Assembly: GCA_024276735.1 (NCBI GenBank)
Contig: JAJRWQ010000042.1
Span: 4,563 to 68,562, forward strand
Reading direction: 5' to 3'
Source of the DNA: Actinomycetes bacterium
GTDB taxonomy: Bacteria; Actinomycetota; Thermoleophilia; BMS3ABIN01
Length of the DNA: 64,000 bases
Shown here: positions 57,392 through 64,000 of the stretch, piece by piece
Layout of the letters: every line of letters begins with the position of its first letter
Numbering within the stretch: the first letter of the stretch is position 1
Notes under the pieces: model-generated
Seen by the model: the letters and a program-made list of their open reading frames with translations, nothing else
Told to the model about the DNA's origin: nothing
Database searches by the model: none
Made by a program: the position numbers and the translations under genes

Positions 57392-58336
57392 ATGAAAAAG
57401 GCGCTCGAGATAGACAATGACATCATGGCCGATCTCGCGGGCGAGCTGGACGCCAACATCAGGGCCCTGGAGGAGCGCCTGGGCTGCGAGGTGAGCGTCC
57501 GCGGCAACGTGGTGACGCTCGAGGGAGAAAAGGAGGCCGTGGACCGCGGCAGCGCCGTGGTGGGCGAGCTGGTGGAGCTCATCGCCGCCGGGCACGTGGT
57601 GGACACCGAGACCATCGCCTCGGTGGGGGCGATGGTGGAAGAGGCGACCTGCAAGCCCTCGCAGGTGTTCGGCGACGTGGTCTGGGAGCACCGCGGCCGC
57701 CGGATCGTCCCCAAGACGCTCAACCAGAAACGCTACGTGGACGCCATCCGCCGCCACAGCATTACCTTTGCCATCGGTCCCGCCGGCACCGGCAAGACCT
57801 ACCTGGCGCTGGCGCTGGCGGTGAGCGAGCTCCTGGGGAAGAAGGTCAACCGCATCATTCTCACCCGGCCGGCGGTGGAGGCGGGGGAGAAGATCGGTTT
57901 CCTGCCGGGGACGATGCTGGAGAAGGTCGATCCCTACCTGCGGCCCCTCTACGACGCCCTCTACGACATGGTGGAGCCCGACCGGCTGACGGCGCTGATG
58001 GAGCGGGGCGCCATCGAGGTGGCGCCGCTGGCCTTCATGCGGGGGCGCACCCTCAACGATTCCTTCATCATTCTCGACGAGGCCCAGAACACCAGCCCCG
58101 AGCAGATGAAGATGTTTCTCACCCGCCTCGGTTTCGGCTCGCGCATGGTGGTGACCGGTGACGTCACCCAGGTGGATCTTCCCGACGCGCGTTTCTCCGG
58201 GCTGGTGAGCGTGGTGGACATTCTCGGCGGTGTTTCCGACATCGCCTTCATCAACTTCGAAAGCAAGGACGTGGTGCGCCACAAGCTGGTGCAAAAGATA
58301 GTGGCCGCTTACAAGAAGTATACCGGCGGCGATTGA
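57392..58336 (+). CDS. phoH: PhoH-family ATPase
   Basis: GPAGTGKTY, RPAVEAGE and RGRTL..DEAQN motifs. Confidence 0.95.
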   Translation: MKKALEIDNDIMADLAGELDANIRALEERLGCEVSVRGNVVTLEGEKEAVDRGSAVVGELVELIAAGHVVDTETIASVGAMVEEATCKPSQVFGDVVWEHRGRRIVPKTLNQKRYVDAIRRHSITFAIGPAGTGKTYLALALAVSELLGKKVNRIILTRPAVEAGEKIGFLPGTMLEKVDPYLRPLYDALYDMVEPDRLTALMERGAIEVAPLAFMRGRTLNDSFIILDEAQNTSPEQMKMFLTRLGFGSRMVVTGDVTQVDLPDARFSGLVSVVDILGGVSDIAFINFESKDVVRHKLVQKIVAAYKKYTGGD

Positions 58337-58347
58337 GGACGGCGGGC

Positions 58348-60537
58348 GTGAGCGAAAAGAAACATCACCTGCGCGGCGGCGTGAACGTGGTCAAGAAACT
58401 TTCCCGGAAAGTGGATACCCGCGTATTCGGCATCCTGCTGGTGCTGTTTACCTTCCTGGCGACATGGGCGCTGCTGGCCAGCGTGTACCTGCCGGCGCGT
58501 TACGACCTCCAGGTGGGTGACGTCTCCCCGGAGCTGATCACCGCTCCCCGCACGCTGACCTTCGAGAACCAGGAGGAAACCGAGCGCCGCCGCCAGCAGG
58601 CCCGCGACGAGGTTACCGAGGTTTACGTCTTCGACGCGGAGATCCTGCCGCGGGTGAGTAACAACATCAACGAGTACTTCCAGGAGATCGGCCGCCTGGC
58701 GACGGCGGAGAGGCAGGCGGCGGAAGCGGAGTCCCGTCCCTTCGATCCCGGCAAGGTGGCGTCCGCCGTGAAGAAGATGGAGGGCCTGCCGGACATCGAC
58801 GAGGATACCACGGCCATGCTGGCGGGGCTCCCTCCGGAGAGGCTGGAAGCGATGCGCCAGGCGGTACTGGGAGGCGTGCAGCGCATCCTCGAGGGTAACG
58901 TCACCCAGGACACGCTGGAGACCGACCGCGCCCGCCTGGAGGCGGTGATATCGACGACGCCGCTGTCCGCGGAGGAAAAGCAGGCGGCCGCCGTGGTGGG
59001 CGGCGCCTTCCTGGAGCCCAACTACAAGAAGGACCAGGAGAAGACCGCCAAGGCCAAGGAGGAGGCCGCCTCCAAGGTGCAGCCGGTGGTGGTGACCGTG
59101 CGCAGTGGCGAGACCATCCTCTCGCCGGGCGAGGTGGTGACCGCGGAGAAGCAGGCCGTGCTGGAGGCCCTGGGGCTCACCAGCGCCCAGGAGAAGTACG
59201 GCGCCATCGCCGCCATCGGCCTGCTGCTGGCGATCGAGGGCCTGCTGCTGGTGCTCTACATCATCGCCTTCGAGAGGCGGGTGTTCGGCTCGCACGCGCT
59301 GCAGTTCATCACCGCCAGCCTGCTGGTGCTGTTCGCCATCCTCGACCGCGTGTCGGTGATTCCACCGCTGACGCCGCTGCTGGTTCCCATGGCTGCCCTG
59401 GGCATCCTGGCCTCGATACTGCTGCAGACGCGGCTGGCGATGATCCTGGTGGTGATCTCCAGCTCCAACCTGGTGATCGTGGGCGGCTTCGAGTCGCAGT
59501 ACCTGCTGGTGGCGCTGTTCGGCGGGCTCACCGGCGTTTTCCTGGCCACCAACGTCACCCAGCGGCGTGACCTGCTGCGGGCGGGCCTGGCCGCGGGCGC
59601 GGTGGTCACCATCACCGCCGCCGGCGCCGGCCTGCTGGTGGACAGCTCCACCCGGCACCTGGTGGAAAGTGCCCTCTGGGGCACCGCCAACGGCATCCTG
59701 GTGATCATCGTCTCCATGGGCCTGCTCTCCGTCTACGACATGGTCTTCAACCTGCCCACCCCCTTCAAGCTGCTGGAGCTGGCGGATCCCACCCGCCCCA
59801 TCCTCAAGGAGCTGATGATGCGGGCCCCCGGGACGTACAACCACAGCATCATCATGGGCAACATCGCCGAGTCGGCCGCCGAGGCCATCGGCGCCAACCC
59901 GCTGCTGGCCCGCGTGGGCGCCTATTACCACGACATCGGCAAGCTCAGCCGCCCCGACTACTTCATCGAGAACCAGTTTCACGTCAAGAACCCCCACGAC
60001 CGGTTGACGCCCAACCTCTCGCGGCTGGCGATCACCGCCCACGTGCGCGACGGGGTGAAGCTGGCCCACGAGGAGGGGCTGCCCGCGGAGATCATCGACA
60101 TCATCGAGGAGCACCACGGCACCACGGTGCTGTCGTACTTCTACCACAAGGCGCGACAGGCGGAGCCGGTGGGGCACGTGGAGGAAGAGGATTACCGCTA
60201 TGCCGGCAAGAAGCCGGCCTCGCGTGAGGCGGCGATCATCATGCTGGCGGACTCGGTGGAGGCGGCGGTACGGTCGCTCGCCAACCCCAGCATCAGGAAC
60301 ATCAAGAACATGATTCGCAACATCTTCGAGCAGCGGCTGCGCGACGGCCAGCTCAGCGAGAGCCGGATGACCTTCGGCGACCTGGAGAAGGTCCGCCTGG
60401 TGTTCGAGAAGAGCCTCAAGGGATTCGGCGCCACCCGGATAGCCTACCCGGCGGAGGTGGTGGCCGCCGCGGAAGCGGAGCGCCGGGGCCAGTCCCGCTC
60501 GCAGGGGGGCGGCCCCGCCGGTGAGGGCGGGCGATGA
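58348..60537 (+). CDS. 7TM HDIG phosphohydrolase (PgpH/YqfF-like cyclic dinucleotide phosphodiesterase)
   Basis: Extracellular domain and 7 TM segments; APGTYNHS, YYHDIGK, HHGT and LADSVEAA motifs. Confidence 0.9.
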   Translation: MSEKKHHLRGGVNVVKKLSRKVDTRVFGILLVLFTFLATWALLASVYLPARYDLQVGDVSPELITAPRTLTFENQEETERRRQQARDEVTEVYVFDAEILPRVSNNINEYFQEIGRLATAERQAAEAESRPFDPGKVASAVKKMEGLPDIDEDTTAMLAGLPPERLEAMRQAVLGGVQRILEGNVTQDTLETDRARLEAVISTTPLSAEEKQAAAVVGGAFLEPNYKKDQEKTAKAKEEAASKVQPVVVTVRSGETILSPGEVVTAEKQAVLEALGLTSAQEKYGAIAAIGLLLAIEGLLLVLYIIAFERRVFGSHALQFITASLLVLFAILDRVSVIPPLTPLLVPMAALGILASILLQTRLAMILVVISSSNLVIVGGFESQYLLVALFGGLTGVFLATNVTQRRDLLRAGLAAGAVVTITAAGAGLLVDSSTRHLVESALWGTANGILVIIVSMGLLSVYDMVFNLPTPFKLLELADPTRPILKELMMRAPGTYNHSIIMGNIAESAAEAIGANPLLARVGAYYHDIGKLSRPDYFIENQFHVKNPHDRLTPNLSRLAITAHVRDGVKLAHEEGLPAEIIDIIEEHHGTTVLSYFYHKARQAEPVGHVEEEDYRYAGKKPASREAAIIMLADSVEAAVRSLANPSIRNIKNMIRNIFEQRLRDGQLSESRMTFGDLEKVRLVFEKSLKGFGATRIAYPAEVVAAAEAERRGQSRSQGGGPAGEGGR

Positions 60538-61001
60538 GCCGGGTGACGGTGGAGATCGAGAACCGCTCCTCGCTCCCGCTGGACACCGGGGCCCTCGCCG
60601 GCACGGCCGAGCGCATTCTCGCCGCCGTGGGCATCGACGGCGGCGAGCTGGGGCTGATATTCGTGGGCGAGCAGGAGATGGAGAGCCTGAACCGCCGCCA
60701 CATGGGCCGCGAGGGGGTCACCGACGTGCTGGCTTTTCCCATCGACGCCCCCGAGGCCGGCGGCACCGGGGGAGAGGCGCCGCTGCTCCTGGGAGACGTA
60801 ATCATCTGCCCCGAGGTCGCCGCCGCACAGGCGGCGGGCGCGGGAGAGACGACGGCGCGGGAGCTCTGCCTGCTGTTGGTGCACGGCATCCTTCATCTCA
60901 CCGGCGCCGACCACGAGCGCGACCAGGGCGAGATGGAGGCGACGCAGCGACGGCTCTTCGAACAGGAGTGCCGCCGGTACGGCGAGGCAGCCGGCGAATG
61001 A
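60534..61001 (+). CDS. ybeY: rRNA maturation RNase YbeY
   Basis: TDVLAF, LGDV.IC and HGILHL.G.DH motifs. Confidence 0.95.
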   Translation: MSRVTVEIENRSSLPLDTGALAGTAERILAAVGIDGGELGLIFVGEQEMESLNRRHMGREGVTDVLAFPIDAPEAGGTGGEAPLLLGDVIICPEVAAAQAAGAGETTARELCLLLVHGILHLTGADHERDQGEMEATQRRLFEQECRRYGEAAGE

Positions 61002-61029
61002 CCGGGCCGCGGAAAACGGATGGCGGAAA

Positions 61030-61740
61030 TTGTATCGGCGCAACACGCTGAAAAGCTTCACCTGGGCCTTCGAGGGCATAGTCTACGTGCTGCGCACCCA
61101 GCGCAACATGAAGATCCACTTCGCCGTGGCCCTGGCGGTGATCATCGGCAGCCTCTTCTTCGAGCTTTCCCGCTCGGAGATGGCGGTGCTGCTGATCTCC
61201 ATCGCCTTCGTGCTGGTGATGGAGATGATAAACACCGCCGTGGAGGCGGCGATCGATACCTTCGGTACCGCCTTCGACCCCATGGCCAAGATCGCCAAGG
61301 ACGTGGCGGCGGGGGCGGTGCTGATCGCCGCCGTGAACGCCCTCGCCGTGGGCTACCTGGTCTTCTTCGACCGTATCGCCGAGCCCTCGCGGGTGATGGT
61401 CCAGAACGTGCGGCAGTCGCCCATGCACCTCTCGGTGATCGCCCTGGTGGCGGTGGTGCTGCTGGCGATCGTCTCCAAGGCGCTGCTCCACCGGGGAACG
61501 CCCTTCCACGGCGGCATGCCCTCGGGGCACAGCGCGGTGGCCTTCGCCGGCTGGACGGCGATCACCTACATCTCGGCGCCGCTGCAGTACGGGATCCTCA
61601 TCTCCATCCTGGCGTTCCTGATGGCGGTGCTGGTGGCCCAGAGCCGCGTGGAGTCGGGGATCCATTCCTTCATGGAGGTATTCCTGGGGGCGCTGCTGGG
61701 GATCCTGGTGACGACCATCTTCTTCCAGCTCTGGGGCTGA
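61030..61740 (+). CDS. dgkA: Diacylglycerol/undecaprenol kinase fused to a PAP2 phosphatase domain
   Basis: E.INTA.E, AKD.AAGAV, PSGHS and SRV...H motifs. Confidence 0.88.
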   Translation: MYRRNTLKSFTWAFEGIVYVLRTQRNMKIHFAVALAVIIGSLFFELSRSEMAVLLISIAFVLVMEMINTAVEAAIDTFGTAFDPMAKIAKDVAAGAVLIAAVNALAVGYLVFFDRIAEPSRVMVQNVRQSPMHLSVIALVAVVLLAIVSKALLHRGTPFHGGMPSGHSAVAFAGWTAITYISAPLQYGILISILAFLMAVLVAQSRVESGIHSFMEVFLGALLGILVTTIFFQLWG

Positions 61741-61798
61741 GCAGGACGCCCCGGGCGCCCCGGGGCCGGTGCGGCACGAAGGGTGAAGGAGGAAAGAG

Positions 61799-62137
61799 AT
61801 GCGCATAGATGCCTACAGCTTCGGCAAGATCGTGGTGGACGGCGAAAGCTACCAAAGCGACGTGATCGTCTTTCCGGACCGGGTGATGCCCCACTGGCGG
61901 CGGCGGCAGGGGCACAGCCTGTGCCTGGAGGATCTTGCCGCCGTGCTCGATTTCCGGCCGCGGCTGCTGATCCTGGGCACCGGCGCCATGGGGGCGATGC
62001 GGGTGCCGGCGGAGACGCTGGCGGCCCTGGGCGAGCGGGGCATGGAGGTGGTGGCGGCGAAGACCTCGCTGGCCGTGGAACGTTTCAACCGCGAGGCGGA
62101 CGCCGCCACGGTGGCGGCGCTGCACCTCACCTGTTGA
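61799..62137 (+). CDS. Mth938-like domain protein
   Basis: YSFG.I.VDG..Y..D, LGTG..G.M and ALHLTC motifs. Confidence 0.88.
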   Translation: MRIDAYSFGKIVVDGESYQSDVIVFPDRVMPHWRRRQGHSLCLEDLAAVLDFRPRLLILGTGAMGAMRVPAETLAALGERGMEVVAAKTSLAVERFNREADAATVAALHLTC

Positions 62138-62186
62138 CCCGGGTGCCGGCCTGCCCGGGAAAAATGACCGCCGCGGGAGTGGTTGC

Positions 62187-62645
62187 GTGCTCGAAGTGAG
62201 GCTCCTGGAGAACCTGGACGCGGAAATGCTCGATCGCCTTTGCCGGTACGGGGAAGAATCCCTGGGCGGGGCGGCGCCGGGAAGCTGGATGCTGCCGGTG
62301 ATTGCTGCCTGGGGCATGCTGTTCGTGGCCGAGGCGGACGGCGAGATCGTGGGATCGGCCCAGGTTTTTCGTTGCCGCCAGGACGGCGATGCCTACATGG
62401 ATGCCTTCTACGTGCGGCCCCGGTTCCGCCGGCGCGGCTACGGGGCGGCGCTGCTGGCGGCGGTGAAAGGGCGGCTCGCCGGCGTCGGCCTCTCGCGCCT
62501 GCTGGTGACGCTGGATCCCGCCAACGCGGCGGCGGCAGCTCTCTATGAAGCTGCCGGTTTCCGGGAGGTGGAGTCACTGCCCTCTTTTTACGGCCGGGGC
62601 CGCGACCGCCTGCTGCTGGCGGCCGGTCTGGGGGAGGAACGGTGA
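62187..62645 (+). CDS. GNAT-family N-acetyltransferase
   Basis: V.P.FRRRGYG..L, N..A..LYE..GF and FYG.G.DR motifs. Confidence 0.85.
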   Translation: MLEVRLLENLDAEMLDRLCRYGEESLGGAAPGSWMLPVIAAWGMLFVAEADGEIVGSAQVFRCRQDGDAYMDAFYVRPRFRRRGYGAALLAAVKGRLAGVGLSRLLVTLDPANAAAAALYEAAGFREVESLPSFYGRGRDRLLLAAGLGEER

Positions 62646-63544
62646 AGCCGGGCCCGGAAGAGGAGTTTCGCTCGGCGTTCGTCGCCGTGGTGGGCAGGCC
62701 CAACGTGGGCAAGTCGACGCTGGTCAACGCCCTGGTGGGCAGGAAAGTGGCCATCACCTCGCCGACGCCGCAGACCACCAGGCACCGGATCGCCGGCATC
62801 GTCAATCGCCCGGGCCTGCAGCTGGTGCTGCTGGACCTGCCGGGGTTCCAGCGCCCGCTGGACCTGCTCACCCGCAGGATGCAGAGGGCGGTGGACGAGA
62901 CCCTGGGAGAGGTGGACCAGATCTGGCTGATGCTCAACGCCGCCGAGCGCATCGGCCCGGGTGATCGTTACGTGGCCGCGCGCTCCTTCGCCGCCGGCAC
63001 CCCGGTCATCATCGTTCTCAACAAGGTCGACCTGGTGCCCCGGCCGAAGCTGCTGCCGCAGATGGAACAGGCGGCGTCGCTGGGCGATTTCCACGAGCTG
63101 TTTCCCGTGAGCGCCCTCGAGGGGGAGGGGCTTTCCGGGCTGCTGGAGGCAGCGGCGGCGCTGGCGGAACCGGGCCCCCGTTACTTTCCCGAGGATGCCG
63201 CCAGCGACCAGCCGGAGCGGGTGCTGGCGGCGGAGCTGGTAAGGGAACAGGTGCTGAGGCTCACCCGCGAGGAGGTGCCGCACTCGGTGGCGGTCTACGT
63301 GGAGTCCATGGAGCCGCGCCGCGGCGGCGAGCTGCTGGTGGTGCGCGCGGTGATCATCGTGGAGCGCCAGTCGCAAAAGGGCATCATCGTGGGCCGGAAG
63401 GGGTCGATGATCAAGGAGATCGGCAGCCGGGCCCGGCGGGAGATGGAGCTGCTGCTGGGGTCGAAAGTGTTCCTGGACCTGACGGTCAAGGTACGCCGCA
63501 AGTGGCGCGAAGACGCCCGGCGCCTGGACGAGCTGGGCCTGTGA
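62642..63544 (+). CDS. era: GTPase Era
   Basis: GRPNVGKSTL, QTTR and NKVD motifs; KH domain (EEVPH, SQKGIIVG). Confidence 0.96.
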   Translation: MKPGPEEEFRSAFVAVVGRPNVGKSTLVNALVGRKVAITSPTPQTTRHRIAGIVNRPGLQLVLLDLPGFQRPLDLLTRRMQRAVDETLGEVDQIWLMLNAAERIGPGDRYVAARSFAAGTPVIIVLNKVDLVPRPKLLPQMEQAASLGDFHELFPVSALEGEGLSGLLEAAAALAEPGPRYFPEDAASDQPERVLAAELVREQVLRLTREEVPHSVAVYVESMEPRRGGELLVVRAVIIVERQSQKGIIVGRKGSMIKEIGSRARREMELLLGSKVFLDLTVKVRRKWREDARRLDELGL

Positions 63545-63617
63545 GCAGCGTCTTGACCACCGTGATACTATTGACGCGGAGATACGCGGATATCACGGAT
63601 GAAGACGGAGGTCATGC

Positions 63618-64000
63618 ATGGCGTTGCGCTTCGAGGAGCTGGCGAAAACCATCGACCACACCCTGCTGAGACCCGACGCCACCCAGGCGGACATCGAGCA
63701 GCTGTGCGAGGAGGCGAAGGAAAACCACTTCGCCACCGTGTGCGTCAACCCCGCCTGGGTGCCGCTGGCGGCGCGGCTGCTCAAGGGCTTCGACAGCAAG
63801 GTGTGCACGGTGGTCTCCTTTCCCTTGGGCGCCGACCTGGCTCCCACCAAGATCAAGGCGGCCGAGAACGCGGTGGGCGCCGGCGCCGACGAGGTGGAGT
63901 TCGTGATCAACATCGGGGCCATGCTCTCGGGAAATTTCAAGCTGGTGCGCGACGAGATCGCCGCGGTGGTGCGTGCCGTGCGCATGAAGAGCGTCAACGT
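63618..64000 (+). CDS. deoC: Deoxyribose-phosphate aldolase, 3'-truncated and absent from the ORF track
   Basis: MALRFEELAKTIDHTLLRPDAT, VCVNP and CTVVSFPLG; GGAGG RBS. Confidence 0.92.
   Translation, partial: MALRFEELAKTIDHTLLRPDATQADIEQLCEEAKENHFATVCVNPAWVPLAARLLKGFDSKVCTVVSFPLGADLAPTKIKAAENAVGAGADEVEFVINIGAMLSGNFKLVRDEIAAVVRAVRMKSVN

Noticed and set aside
63560..63598. Inverted repeat CCGTGATA/TATCACGG before deoC
   Set aside because: A single 8-bp stem with no U-tract or recognisable motif
1..64000. CRISPR arrays, tRNA/rRNA genes, transposases, integrases, prophage genes
   Set aside because: No spaced direct repeats, cloverleaf-like sequences or mobile-element proteins were seen

Overview
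GC-rich bacterial chromosome segment. The hrcA-dnaJ-rsmE...phoH-ybeY-era order, Gram-positive sorting signals and codon style suggest an anaerobic Actinomycetota lineage such as Thermoleophilia (inference). It has four blocks. (1) 1-25.4 kb: a Wood-Ljungdahl cluster (acsV, cooC, folD, acsD-cooS-acsB-acsC, a flavoprotein-ferredoxin-MvhD fusion, metVF, acsE, a degenerate NuoEF-like gene, nfnAB and a selenocysteine formate dehydrogenase with an inserted GltD-like module). It is interrupted by three tandem MPxTG surface proteins and a DsrC/TusE-like gene pair. (2) 25.4-43.8 kb: a Wzx/Wzy polysaccharide locus with three cytoplasmic NPP/alkaline-phosphatase-family enzymes. (3) 43.9-51 kb: a c-di-GMP-I riboswitch ahead of a secreted FN3 protein, and a convergent operon of lasso-peptide-type machinery (HprK-like kinase, PqqD/RRE, B2 peptidase, DUF2079-like membrane protein, nucleotidyltransferase) with no lasso cyclase or precursor visible. 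This operon is the best candidate for an undescribed system. (4) 51-64 kb: housekeeping genes hemW to deoC. Three otherwise intact genes carry single in-frame TAG/TAA stops, each explainable by one G>T change. All product calls come from motif recognition by eye; no searches were run.
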